Source: the human T2T-CHM13v2.0 reference genome, Homo sapiens. From it: a DNA stretch of 64,000 nucleotides. Location of the stretch: the NCBI RefSeq assembly GCF_009914755.1, contig NC_060931.1; one strand, given 5' to 3'. Position numbers and translations under genes: made by a program. The notes under the pieces are model-generated. The model did not search any database. It was not told the origin of the DNA and saw only the letters and a program-made list of their open reading frames with translations. This document shows, in pieces, positions 34,325 to 52,169 of this stretch. Numbering within the stretch: the first letter of the stretch is position 1; every line of letters begins with the position of its first letter.

Positions 34325-35294
34325 TAACTCTGTAAAGACCCCGTTTCTAAACAAAGTCACATTCTGAGGTCCTGGGGTTTAGAATTTCAACATATGGATC
34401 TAGGTATGAGAGACAGTTGATCCCAGGACATAGCAGTGTGCAGGCCTGGATCATAGCCTCCCCTGCCAGGGGCTGGGGCCTTTCTACCATGGAAGTGTCT
34501 CCCCTACAAGGCCCCTGTCTCCCTTAAAGCAGTTCTAGTTTGAGCCTAGAGAGGTAGCCTCCCCACTGGACCCTGGGGCAGGGGCTTTGACCCAGGACAT
34601 TGCTGCAGATGGTGCCTCTCACACTTTCTCTGCAGCCTGTCCCCTCTTAGACTCTCCCCAGCCAAAAGTCTCCTGTAATCAGGGGTCCCATCCGCTGCCA
34701 GCTGGGATGGGGGCTGTGTCTGTGATCATCTGACCTGCTGGGATGAGGGGGCAGTTACATGGGGACACATCAGCAGAGCAGGAGGACCACCAGGGTGGCC
34801 AGCCTGTGGATCTTACAATCCAACCAGAAGTCAATGCCTTGCTCTGAGCAATACGGTTCTTCTCTTTAGGCAGAGCCTTTTCTGAAGGTGACTTAGAAGG
34901 TTCCACACCCTGTAGGCACATCCCCTGGGTCTATTCCAACCTTGTTCCTTCTCATTGTGCAAAGTGGAGAGTGTGCAGGTGATTCTCATGTCTGCGGACA
35001 ACAGCTTGGAAGAGCCAGGAATTGCACATCTGTTCACCATCCAAACCCGAAGAGCATTGAATTGTGTTCCTCCCACGCCCCGCATCCATTTGTCTCTTGA
35101 CAAATTGTGGGCTCCTATCTAAATTAAAGAAAGGTGCACCAGACTACTCATTCTCAATCAAAGGCAAATGTGCACACCTTGTGCCTTTGAAGCTAGGCTT
35201 CCTGGCTGCATCTGCAGGGCTCCTTCAAGGTTGTGGGTCCTGAGGAGTTACTGTGAAAAAGGGAGCAAGCCACACAGCCTGTCCCCAAGTCTTG

Positions 35295-35335
35295 CAGGGT
35301 TAACCTGTTAACCTGAGGTTAACAGGTTAACCCTG
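35295..35335. repeat. Perfect 41-bp palindrome (20-bp arms, 1-nt spacer)
   Basis: CAGGGTTAACCTGTTAACCT-G-AGGTTAACAGGTTAACCCTG. Confidence 0.98.
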
Positions 35336-35799
35336 AGGTATAGAGATGAGGCTGAAGGACAATCTCAGAGAAAGAAAAAACAAACTAGCAACTGCCTATA
35401 CTAGGTCAAAGGCAGATGTGGGCCCAAGGGGACCTGCGCAGCAGCTGTTCTGCATTTGGGTTAGAGTGGGTGGGTAGAGGGTGAACAATGAGAGAACAAT
35501 GCCACTCAGGGAACTTATAGTTATTACCATCATCGCTGCAATTTATTGTAGGTTTGTACCAGGTTGAGCACTCTCTCATCTCCTTCACTTTGCACAACCT
35601 CCCTGCAAGGTACGTATTATTACTGCCTTGCGGATGAGGAAACAGAGAAGTTAAGTGACTTGCCTAAGGCCAAGGTCAAATCTCAAGGTCAGTGTTGCAA
35701 TTCACACTCAGTTCTGCCCAATCCCCAGCCTATGTTCCATCTAGCTGCTGTGTTCACGGTGTCCCATCTGGATGGAGTGAGACCCTGCTGCAAAAATAC

Positions 35800-36135
35800 A
35801 GAGAGAGGGAGGAAAGGAAGGAGAGAGGGGAAAGAGGGAAAGAAGGAAGGAGAGGGAGGGAGGGAGAGAGGAAGGGAAGGAGAGAAGGAAGAGAAAGAGA
35901 GGGAAGTAGAGGCAGGGAGGGAGGGAGAGAAAGAGGGAAGAAGAGAAGAAAGGAAGGAGAGAAAGGAGAAAGAGGGAGAGGCAGGGAGGGAGAGAGGAAG
36001 GAATGGGGGAAGAGAAAGGGAAGGAGAGAAGGAAGGAAGAGAGAGAGGGAGAGAAGGAAGGAAGGGGAGAGAGAGAAAGGGAGGGAGAGAGGGAAGTGTA
36101 GAAGGAAGGAAGGAGAGAGAAAAAGAAAAAGAGAG
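35800..36135. repeat. Purine-rich (GA/GGA) low-complexity tract
   Basis: About 330 nt almost purely A/G. Confidence 0.95.
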
Positions 36136-36437
36136 GGCTGGGCACGTTGCCTCACACCTGTAATCCCAGCACTTTGGGAGGCTGGGGCAGGTGGATCACA
36201 AGGTGAGGAGTTCAAGACCAGCCTGGCCAAGATGGTGAAACCCCATCTCTACTAAAAATACAAAAATTAGGCAGGCATGGTGGTGGGCGCCTGTAACCCC
36301 AGCTACTCAGGAAGCTGAGGCAAATAATTGCTTGAACCTGGGAGGCAGAGGTTGCAGTGAGCCAAGATCGTGCCACTGCACTGCAGCCTGGGCAACAGAG
36401 CAGGACTCTGTCAGAAAAGAAAAGAAAAGAAAGAAAA
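36136..36437 (+). mobile_element. AluSg-like element
   Basis: Forward Alu consensus. Confidence 0.9.
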
Positions 36438-36441
36438 TGTT

Positions 36442-36839
36442 CAGACAGTCCCCACTTCACAGTGGCTCAACTTATAATTTTTCAACTTTGCAGTGGTGTG
36501 AAAGGGAAACCTATTCGGTAGAATCCATACTTTGAATTTCGATCTCGTCTGGGTCTAGTGCTATGCAGTCCAATACTCTCTCAACGCTGAGCAGCTGCAG
36601 CTCCCAGGAAGCCATGTGATCACCAGGGTAGACAACCAATACCCTACAGTGTTCTGTGTCGCCAGGTAATTTTGCCAACTGGAGGCTAAGGTAAGTGTTC
36701 TGGGCACTTTTAAGGTAGGCAAGGCTAAGTGGCGATGTCTGGTAGATTAACATGTATTAAATGCATCTTCTGTTTATGGCTTTTTCAATTTATGATGGGC
36801 TTACTGGAGCATGACCCCACCTAAGTCAAAGAGCATCTG
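36442..36839 (-). mobile_element. MER47 (TcMar-Tigger family MITE)
   Basis: Ends ...aagtcaaagagcatctg (reverse CAGATGCTC...); taaggtaggcaaggctaag and tattaaatgcat internal motifs. Confidence 0.8.
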
Positions 36840-36888
36840 TGTATCACAAACTCTAGGGGAACCACTAAGAAAACAAAATTAAGTATAA

Positions 36889-37960
<1,072 letters not shown>

Positions 37961-38402
37961 TTAACAATATGCGATCTACAACATACCCACTTTAAATACA
38001 GAAACTCCACTCGGTTAAAAGTAAAGGAACGTACCTAGATCTGACACCTAAAGCACAAAACAACCAAAGAAGAAAACAGACAAATTGAACCTCATCAAAA
38101 TTTAAAACTTCTGTGTTTCAAAGGATACCATCAAGAAACTGAAAAGACGACCTAAAAAATGGGCAAAATGTTTGCAAATCATATATCTAGATAAAAGTCT
38201 AGAATTCAGAAAACAAGAACTCTTACAACTCAACCATAAAGAAGAAAGCTAACCCAATTTTTTGAATGGCAAGAGATTTGGATGAATATTTCTCCAAAGA
38301 AGGTATACACATAGCCAAGAAGCCCATGGAAAGATACTCACCATGCTTAGTCATTAGACTATTAGAGATACTTACCAACGAGACAACGCTTCATACCCAC
38401 TA

Positions 38403-38745
<343 letters not shown>

Positions 38746-38789
38746 AAAGCAAGTGTTGGCAAGCATATGGAACATTTCTTTTATATATA

Positions 38790-38946
38790 TATATTTTTCG
38801 AGATGGAGTCTCACTCTATTGCTCAAGCTGGAGTTCAATGGCATGATCTTGGCTCACTGCAACCTCCGCCTCCCGGGTTGAAGTGATTCTCCTGCCTCAG
38901 CCTCCCAAGTAGCTGGGATTACAGGCATGCGCCACCATGCCTGGCT

Positions 38947-38983
<37 letters not shown>

Positions 38984-39096
38984 TAGAGACAGGGTTTCAC
39001 CATGCTGGTCAGGCTGGTCTCGAACTCTTGACCTCAGGTGATCCACCCGCCTCGGCCTCCCAAAGTGCTGGGATTACAGGCATGAGCCACCTGGCC
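38790..39096 (-). mobile_element. AluS element with long middle T tract
   Basis: Reverse Alu; atatggaac flanks. Confidence 0.92.
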
Positions 39097-39191
39097 AGGA
39101 TATGGAACCTTTCTAACTCCCATTCGCTGCTAGTGGGAACAGAATATAGCACAGCCACTTTGGAATATAGTTTGGCAATTTCTTATTGTAG

Positions 39192-39380
<189 letters not shown>

Positions 39381-39875
39381 TAAGGGACATAAGACTTCTA
39401 CTCAGAACACTGTGAAATATTATTGAGAGAAACCAAAGACCAAATAAGTGGAGATCCAATGTGTCTGGAGGGAAGTGGTGATGAGCGGGGCTGGGGCTGC
39501 TGATGAGAGCTGCATACCAGGGCCCCCAGGGAGGATCCGGACAGAGTTTCCTCCTGGTTCAGCCGCTCAGGATCCCTGCAGCCCAGGCAACAGCCCAGGG
39601 CAGGCTCCAACGAACGGCAGGGAAGAGACAGCCAGGCCCCAGACAAGGTGATTCCCAGATGCATCTGAGACTCGAGCTGTGTTTTCCCATCCAGCCAGTT
39701 GCCAATTCTTCCCGGAGAAGCCGGATTCTGTTTAGGAGTTGAGAATGTGATAGAGATTAGGGGAAATGCTTAGCCAATCGGGAGGGCTCTGAACCACCCC
39801 AAGGCCCAGAACTGCCCAGCACACAAGAGGGACCAGGAGGCCAGCGTGGTGGGGAGGATCCTGGGAGATCATTCT

Positions 39876-40605
<730 letters not shown>

Positions 40606-41131
40606 ATTCTCAAGGTGGGTTTTTCAGAAGGCATGGTCACAGACAGCAGCCGTGCAGACCTAGGTGCGCCCAGCATCTCCCCACCATGGCCAGAAGGTGA
40701 ACCCGGGCCTCAGGTCAGTGTGGACACAGAACAGTCTGTGGCTGGAAGGAAGCAGCTCGAGAGGGTTTAGTCTGATTAAACCAGCACCTGTCTGTAGGCC
40801 CCGCTGGCCTAACCCCATCCTGTACCAGGCTCTGTTCTGCCCAGCTCCCCAATCCTCCAACCTGTACCCCACGTTGGGCCTGTGTTCTCATAGCTCCTCC
40901 CCCGAGGAGCTCCCTGTCCATGGAGCCCAGCTCTTCCACTGGGTAGGGCTCACCATGAATGTGAGCGGGTAGATTTTGTGAGGCTGAGGCCGTGCACATG
41001 TAGGCAGGCACACACTCTGGGCAGAACCTGGCTTCACATGGGCAGGGCCACTGCTGCCTCAACCACCCACAGTCACCTGGGGCATGCAGCAGTGGCCTCG
41101 TGCTGGAGGTCTCCCGGGAATATTCTCCTTG

Positions 41132-42007
<876 letters not shown>

Positions 42008-42257
42008 CCCACTTGCTGGACTGCATCCCTCTGCTTGGGTCCTGGCCCCTGCAATCCTGAGGTGCCAGGAACCCATCAGGCAGGTCACAGCCTCCACCCC
42101 CCTCCCTGCAGCCTGACTCCAGCTCCAGCCTCAGTCACCTCCTGGCTGGTCCCGGAACACCCCAGCAGCTCCCACCTCAGGCCTTAGCCCGGAACACTTC
42201 CCAGGCAGCCCCCAGGCTCATTCTCCCATTGCCCAGAGCCTGTACTCAGAGATCCCT

Positions 42258-42624
42258 GTGTTGGTTTCCTGGGGCCGCCCTTACAAAGTCCTACAAACTG
42301 CGGGGCTTAAACAACAGAAATGTTTAGTCTCACCATTCTGGAGGCCAGAAATTCAAGATTGATACAACAGGACTTGTGTGTCTGTCCTTGGCTTGTGGAC
42401 AGCCGTCTTCTCTGTGTCCTCATATGGTCATCCCTCTGTGTGTGTCTATGTCCTCACCTCTTATAATGACACCAGTCCTGTTGGATTAGAGCCCACCCTG
42501 ATGACCCCCAATGAAACTTAATTATCCCCTTAAGGATTGTATCTGCAAATGCAGCCACATTCTGAAGTACTGGGGGTTAAGACTTGAACCTATGAATTGG
42601 GAGGGATGCAATTCAGCTCATGAA
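42258..42624 (-). mobile_element. MLT1 (A/B-type) LTR
   Basis: ggggcttaaacaacagaaatg...ttctggaggccaga...gacaccagtc...tactgggggttaagact. Confidence 0.85.
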
Positions 42625-42629
42625 CCGCG

Positions 42630-42667
42630 CCCCCCCCCGCCCCCCCCCCACCCCCCCCCCCCCCCCC
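42630..42667. repeat. Poly-C tract (C9-G-C10-A-C17)
   Basis: Directly visible. Confidence 0.97.
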
Positions 42668-44157
42668 GCACAGAATGGTCTTCCCTGACCACTCCTGATG
42701 CCACCTTCCTACCCTAATGTGGCACATAGCACTACCGGACACAACCTTCCCCTTTCCCCTCTCCCGCCCCTCCCAGCCCATGAGGATGGAGTTCCTGCAG
42801 GAGGAGAAACAATGTTTTCCTCGCTGCCATCTGCAGTACCCAAGACAGCTGGGTACACTGCAGATGCAGGACAGTTGCTGAGTGAATGACTGACAGCCAG
42901 CCTCAGCAGGTGCATCCCCAGGGGCTACAATCTGCATGAGAAGTCACCGCCCCCCAGCCCCTGGCGTGCAGAGCATTGAGGGAAGGGCCCTGGGGGTCAG
43001 CAGATGGCAGCATGGGACAGTGGTCAGGGCTTCTGTGGAGATGCAGAAGGGCAGGCAGAGCACAGGGAGTGTCCCCACCCAAGGGACGAGCGGGGACCAA
43101 GGTCTCAAGGTGGAGCCGGCAGGGCACGTGGCCTGTGGCAGGAGTCCGGTGCTGGGTGGGGGGCTGGCTGCTGTGTGGCTCTCTCTGGAGCCACCCTCCT
43201 GGTCCAGGGAAGTGACTCTCACACCCTGAGGCTCCGGCATACCCAGGCACCTTCTCCACCTCCCACAGTCAGCTCAGCTGCCTTGTCCTGTAGTTCAGGA
43301 GGAAGGAGGGCTGCCCTGGCATTTCAAGGAACAGAATGTGATGAAGCAGATGCCAAACAGCCTGCCAGCTCCACAGAGCCTACCACAGAGCCCAGCAGGC
43401 ACTGCCTGTCTCCCTTCCAACCCCAAACCCACATGGCTGGGGCATTCCAGGGACATGCACCCTCCCATGTGCCCCAACCAGCATCCGGGCCCCCAGCCCT
43501 CCTGCCAGGCTATGGTTCCCAAGGGCTGTGCTCCCCAAACCTGCTTCTTAATTAGTTTTCCCCACCACTCCCTGATGGTGCCGTACCCACAGCACATGAA
43601 ACTCTTTCTAGGGTGGATGTCACGTAGCCCCCCAGCGCGTCCCCGCAGGAGCCCTATGCCTGCATGCTTTAATTAAGCAAGTTAATTACTCTCCAACTTG
43701 AGGGTCTGATCAGGCCTCCTGCTGGGAATGCCTCACGGAGCTGCTCCGGATCCCACAGCCCCCGGGCATCCCTGACTCCCACAGAGGACCCAGGTTGGGG
43801 TTCTCAGAACATCCCAGAATCTCCTGTTAATTTCACCAAGAAATCCAGCTGCAGACTCCTGGTAGAAGGAGTGCTCATCTGGGCAGGGATATTTGTAACA
43901 CCCAAGGCATAAGGGAGAAAGGGAGCGTGTTCAGGCTGATGTTGGATGCAGGGGTCCCCGAGGTACCCACCTAACAGCACAGGGACTGGGTGACCTGACT
44001 TTAGCTCTGGACCCCAGGCTCCATTCCTTGTATCTCCCCCTCCCCCAGCAGGTTTAATCCTGGCTCACTTGCCCAGACCCAAGCAGATTCTCCCAAAATA
44101 AGGACCTGCATGGTCACCATCCACATGTCACTGTCCAGCACTTCACAGTTTACAAAC

Positions 44158-44574
<417 letters not shown>

Positions 44575-44879
44575 TAGACAGTTTGCCCATTTCATCTCAC
44601 CTCCCTGCAGATGCCTGTTGGAGCTCCGCCCATTGTGGATAATGGCAAACAGAAGCTCCTGAGGGTAAAAAACTAGCGCATGGCCACCTGCCTGCAGAGC
44701 TGGAGACAGAACCACATCACAGGTTCTAAAGTCTATCCAACACCTCATGGCATGGATTTTTCATTCAGCACATGTTTATTGAGCATCTACTATGTGTCAG
44801 GCACTGTTCTAGGAACCAACGACACAGCAGGGAGCAAGGAAATAAAAACTCATCCAGGCATGATGGCACTTTGGGAAGT

Positions 44880-45824
<945 letters not shown>

Positions 45825-46449
45825 AGAGATAACTTTCAAACATAATATTTAGGGTAAACTATGTGGTATATTAAAAGATTGTGCTACTAAAAGCCTGATG
45901 GAGGTAGGAGGGGTAGCGTACAGGGCTTGGAGGCTGAATTTCAAGTTGGAATGATCAGAGCAGGCCTCGTTGAGAAGGTGACAGATGAGCAAAGACCTGT
46001 AGGAGATGAGGGAATGAGCCACATGGGTGTCTGGGAGCCTCATCCAGCAGAGAGAACAGCAGTGCAAAGGCCCTGAGGCTGAGCATGCCTCTATGTGTTT
46101 AGACATCAAGGAGACCAGCAGCAGGAGAAGTGGCTTGAGCACAGAGGAGAGAGTTCAGAAGTGGGGGCTGCCAGTCCTGGAAAGGACTTTGCTCTGCGAC
46201 ATGAGTCTCTGGAGGGTTTTGAACAGAGAAGGAGAGACACGAACCCGACACCCCCCCATAGGCTTTTCCTTGGGCCATTCTCCTGTGATTAGATTGTGGG
46301 GACGAGGTGGACGTAGGGAGTGCTAATGCAGCAATCTAGGGGACAGGTGGTGGTGGCTTGGATGAGGATGGGAGCACAGGAGGTTGGATTCTAGATACAT
46401 TTTGAAAGTGGAGCCAATGGGACTTGCAGATGGATTATGTATTTATGCA

Positions 46450-47080
46450 TGGATGGGATCTAATGGTTCCATGTGTGTTAGATATGGAGGGATCTAATTG
46501 ATTCCATGTGGGATAGATATGGAGGGATCTAATGGATTCCATGTGGGTTAGATATGGGGGGATCTAATGGATTCCATGTGAGTTAGATATGGGGGATCTA
46601 ATGGATTCCATGTGGGTTAGATATGGGGGGATCTAATGGATCCCATGTGGGTTAGATATGGGGGATCTAATTGATTCCATGTGGGTTAGATATGGGGGAT
46701 CTAATTGATCCCATGTGGGTTAGGTATGGGGGGATCTAATGGATTCCACGTGGGTTAGATATATGGGTGGATCTAATGGATTCCATGCGGATTAGATATG
46801 GGGGATCTAATGGGTTACATGTGGGTTAGATGTAGGGGATCTAATGGGTCCCATGCAGATTAGATATGGGGAGATCCAATGGATCCCATACAGAATAGAC
46901 ATGGTGGGATCTAATCGATTCCATGTGGCTTAGATATAGGAGATCTAATGGATCTCGTGCAGATTAGATATGGTGGGATCTGATTCTCCCATGTGGGTTA
47001 AATATGGAGGGATCTAATGGCTCCCATGTGGGTTGGATATGGAGAGATTTAATGAATTCCATGTGGATTAGATATGGAGG
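46450..47080. repeat. ~35-bp minisatellite (VNTR), about 17-18 variant units
   Basis: Unit ~TGGATTCCATGTGGGTTAGATATGGGGGGATCTAA. Confidence 0.97.
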
Positions 47081-49354
47081 AAGAGATGAATCAGAGATCA
47101 CCCAGGATTGGGCCCAGGATAGCAACTGAAAGAGTGGAGTTGCTATTAACTAGATGAAGAGGTCCCTTGGGGTGGTTTGCAGGTACAGGGAGGAGGTCCA
47201 GAAATTCATATTCTGGGAGATGGTAAGTTTCAGATACCTAACTAGACATCCAGGTGCAGAAGTCCAAAACGCAGTTGTATGTACAAGTCTGCAGCTTAAG
47301 GGGAATCTACCCTGGAGATATCAGTTTAGGGGTCATTGGTGAATTGATGGTTTTAATGCCATCAGACCATACGAGCTCCCCACGAGAGGGAGAGTAGAAA
47401 GAGCAAGAGGTCCAGGGTCCGAGCCCTGGGGCCTAAAGATAGAAGGTTGGTGGGGACTGGGAGGAATCAGGAGAAACCAGCCGGCAGGTTAGGAGGCAAA
47501 GCAGATTTAGGGGCCAGGAAACCGAGGGAAGAAAGTTTTCCTGGGAGGACAGAGAGAGCAACTGTGCCCAATGTGGCTTCCAAGTCAAATGGGCTGAGGA
47601 CAAAGAATCTACCTTGGAGGTCACGGGGCCTTGGTGGGGGGGCAGTTTCCTTGGAGTAGGGCAGGCAAAGCCTTCATGGAGGGGTTAAGAGTGGGGGTGC
47701 AGTGGATGGAGGGCAAGAGAGCGTTGGAGCCAGGGAGGAGTTTTTTTGCAAAGCAAAACAGTATATGGGGCAGTGGCTGGAGTAGGTAGGGGGTCAAGAG
47801 AGAGGTTCGTAAGACAGGAGGAATAACAGCATCACCTCTCCCAAGCTTCTGCACGGGCGTGGAGTAAAACGAAACTCGTGTGTTACTGATGCGAAGTCGT
47901 GCCTTTGCGTCTCACATCCTGGGGGCTTTTACCAAATTCAGAAGGAATCCAGGCGGCCCACAAGCTACCAACGGCCACCCCCAGACAGATGTCACTGCTT
48001 TTCCGCCCATGACTCCTTAAGGTTGATACAGGGCCTGGCAACTCCTTCCTGCCCCCTTCCTCCCCCTCCCTAGCTGAATAATTTAAGTGCTATTCTAAGT
48101 TGAAACCAAATAAAGCAGTTTAGAGTGACTAATTCCCTGTGAAATTTATGTTCCCCAAATGTCTTGCTGGTAACAATGCTGGGATCCATTTACCCCCCTT
48201 AATTTCATCAGTGTTGTTTCTGGAAGGAGCTCCCAGCCTAACGTGGCCTCGTTCCCAGCTGCCCGTGTGAAAAGCGGTCCTGGAGGCAAGGCGGCCACAT
48301 GTGAGCCTCTTCCTGGACTTTGTCCTGGCCCAGGGCAGGGTGAGAAGCTGACACAGCTCTCAGGAGAGATGTAAGGATCTGCAGTAATGGAGCCATTCAC
48401 AAGGCTGCCCTCTGCACTTCACAGTTGGAGAGGACAGAAGGAGGGTTCTGGGCCAGGGCAGTTGGGAGTGAGTTCCCAAAGCAGGTGTGACATTAGCATG
48501 TCCCCAAGAACCAGAGGCTTTGGGAAGGTGACAAGAGGCTGCTGGTGCCCCTGCTGAGGGGATTGTAGGGATGTCTCCATGGAAAAGATGAGAGAGGCAG
48601 GAAGGAAAGGGTAGGGGAAAGGGAAGGATCCCATACAGGTTAGACATGGTGGGATCTAATGGATCCCATGGGGGTTAAATACGAACAGATTAAATATGGA
48701 GGGATCTAATGGCTCACATGTGTGTTGGGAGCCACCTTCCATGTTTAACCCACCTTCCCCGTACCCTGTCTCTGCCAGTTCAAACCTGTCCCAACCCCCA
48801 GGGCTCTGCTGCTTTAGAAACATAGCACTACCTTTATCCGCCTGCCCAGATGCAGCCTGGGATCTTCCAAGAGCCCGTCTCACATTTCCTGGCTGTGGGG
48901 TGTTTTACAGACATAACGGGAAGAACCTTTATTATGTGACCCTCTGTGACCTGACCCAGTGGCTTCAATTTAGGGATTTAGCCTGTGTCCTCAGCACAAG
49001 AAGCTTTTGTTTCTAAGCTTTACTGAGCATTGTTTTTGTTTTGTTTTTTTTTAATAATGACTCATCTACAACTTCTGAACATGGACACTCCTAGCCTTGT
49101 CCCCACTGAGCTGGGAGCATCTGTATCCAGACTGGCCTTCCCCTAGACTGGACACTTCCTTGCCAAGTGGGTGTCAGGAGAAGAACTGTCCAGCAGGGGA
49201 AACAGCCAGTGCAAGGGTCCCGGGGTCCTGCATACCTCTTGTGTTCAGACAGCCAGGAGACCAGAGGCAGAAGTGGCAGGTCCTGGGTCTGAGCCATGTC
49301 ATTCTCAGCACAGAGCCTGGCACATAGTAGGAGCCTTAAGGATGGTGGAGCGGG

Positions 49355-49654
49355 GGCAGCGGGCACAGTGACTCACGTCTGTAATCCCAGCACTTTGGGA
49401 GGCAGAGGTGGGAGGATCACTTGAGGTCAGGAGTCAGGACCAGCCTGGCCAACATGGCGAAACCCCATCGCTACTAAAAATACAAAAATTAGCCGGGCAT
49501 GGTGCGCATGCCTGTAATCCCAGCTACTCAGGAGGCTGAGGCAGGAGAATCGCTTGAACCAGGAGGCAGAGGATGCAGTGAGCTGAGATAGCACCACTGC
49601 ACTCCAGCCTGAGCGACAGACGGAGATTCTGTCAAAAAAAAAAAAAAAAAAAAA
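49355..49654 (+). mobile_element. AluS element
   Basis: Forward Alu consensus. Confidence 0.92.
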
Positions 49655-50563
49655 GATGGGGAGGGGAAGGGGATAGACACACGTACATGTCACATGTGCA
49701 GGGTGGAAGACCCCCTCCCAGGTTTTACTGTGACTATATTGTGCTGTAGACCTGAAATGCACCTGCTGCTGTGTGCTGTGACCAGGGGGGATGGCTTCTG
49801 GATCCTGCCTTTGTCTGGCCAGGTCCCCCACGAGGCTGTCGGGAGCTGGGCATCAGGACCCTAGTGATGACTTCGGGCTGGTGGCACCTGCCTGCCTTGT
49901 ACACAGGCACCCCTCCCTCCCAGCGTGGGGGCCTCAGTTTCCTCCTCTGTACAGCAAGGAGGTTGCGGGAGATGCTCTCGAGTTTCCTTGCAGGTCGGAA
50001 GTGGAGAAGGAAGACAGGTCTCATAGACAGCCTGGGTTTTTAACCAGCCCTGGGGGCATGGGATGCGTTCTCTTCCAGATGAGACTAGGGGTGGCAAGAA
50101 CCTCCCTGGAAACCCCGGGAAGTTCTAAGGTCATCCTAGGGAAGGCACCAGCGGCAGGGACAGGGGTCTGGAAGCCCTGCCATCCCTAGCAGCTGGCTCT
50201 GAAATGTGGCAGGAGGTGGAATGTGGACTCCCTCCATGCTATGGGAGGAGCGAGGGCTGCAGCACAGACCCCAGAGGCTTCTGCCTGGGAAAAGGATGAG
50301 GCTGCCTCCCTCCTTCCAGGAGGAACCGAGTCCCAGGGCCAAATAGGGAGGGAGGTATTGATTCCCTGAGGGCCCACCTCAGTAAACAAAAATGTTTTGA
50401 ACACCTATTGTATTCTGGGCCTCCTCATTCATTCTCACAACAGCCTTGGAGGTAAGCAGTTCAGCATACAGAGGGGAAACAGGTTCAGAGAGGCTGTGTG
50501 ACTAGCCAAAAGTCACACAGCATGGGAGTGGCTGAACTGAGATTTGAGATTTACCTGGCTCCA

Positions 50564-50867
50564 GGCCAGGCACAGTGGCTCACTCCTGTAATCTCAGCAC
50601 TTTGGGAGGCGGAGGCAAGTGGATCATGTGAGGTCAGGAGTTCGAGACCAGCCTGGCTGACATGGCAAAATGCTGTCTCTACTAAAGCTACAACAATTAG
50701 CTGGGCGTGATGTCAGCCACCTGTAATCCCAGCTACTTGGGAGGCTGAGGCAGGAGAATCACTTGAACTGGGAGGTGGAGGTTGCAGTGAGCCAAGATTG
50801 CGCCACTGCACTCCAGCCTGGGTGACAGAGCAAGACTCTGTCTCAAAAAAAAAAAAAAAAAAAAAAA
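50564..50867 (+). mobile_element. AluS element, next to a MIR remnant (~50380-50550)
   Basis: TSD agatttacctggctcc. Confidence 0.93.
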
Positions 50868-51667
50868 GATTTACCTGGCTCCTAGCACATTCTACCAACC
50901 CACATGGCACATCGGTTCCTGAATTCTGGTCTCGAAAGTTGGAAGTCTTGAGCTTGAAGAAGTCTTCTGCTGGAAAAAGTATTCCATTTTCACCTTGAAA
51001 GGATGATTCCCCAGTCCCCAGAGTTAAAAGGGGCCTCAGTTCCTTTTCCTACTGTCAGATTTCCCAGAATGAATCAAAGGTACTAAATTTATTGTGTTTA
51101 AAGCAACTTTTCAAGCTTCCCAATAAAGCCCTCTGATTTATAGCTAATGCGTTATTTTAAACACGTTGCAAATGATAAAAATCAGTTCTGCAAATGCACC
51201 TCCAGAGAAACCGTATTAAAGGAAGAAAAGAAGCAGTGAGATTAGATATTGCATTAAAAGATAGAGTGATGGATTAAAACCCAAAGCATAAATCTAGTGT
51301 GACTTCCCAGAAAATGTTGGGGGGCAGTAAATCCAAGGTGACAATCCGTGTACGGTGTACCAATATTTGTCACTTTTATTACACTTTGTTCAGAAGTCGT
51401 AGATGGGTCATTATTTAAAATTAAAAAAAAAAAACAGTGCTCAATAAAGCTTAGAAATGAAAGCTGCTTGTGCTAGGGATATGGCTAGAACTCTTAAATC
51501 CAAGCCACTGTGTCAGATCGCGCAACATCACATAATAAAGGTTTCTTCCTCTTATGTCCATAAAATATTCCACATCCAGAAAATGTAGGAAGGGCTCTTG
51601 GAATATCCAGGCCATACCCAGGGCGGCGGATAAAGGTAGTGCCATGTCTCTAAGGTAGCACAGCCCT

Positions 51668-52058
<391 letters not shown>

Positions 52059-52169
52059 TCACTCATTCAGGCAAGGGTTTTGGAGGGCTTTTCTTTGCTG
52101 GGAGGTGGCGGGAGAGGGGGATGTCAGAGCTCCCTGCCTTGATCAGAGATCCTGGAGCCAATTAGATTC

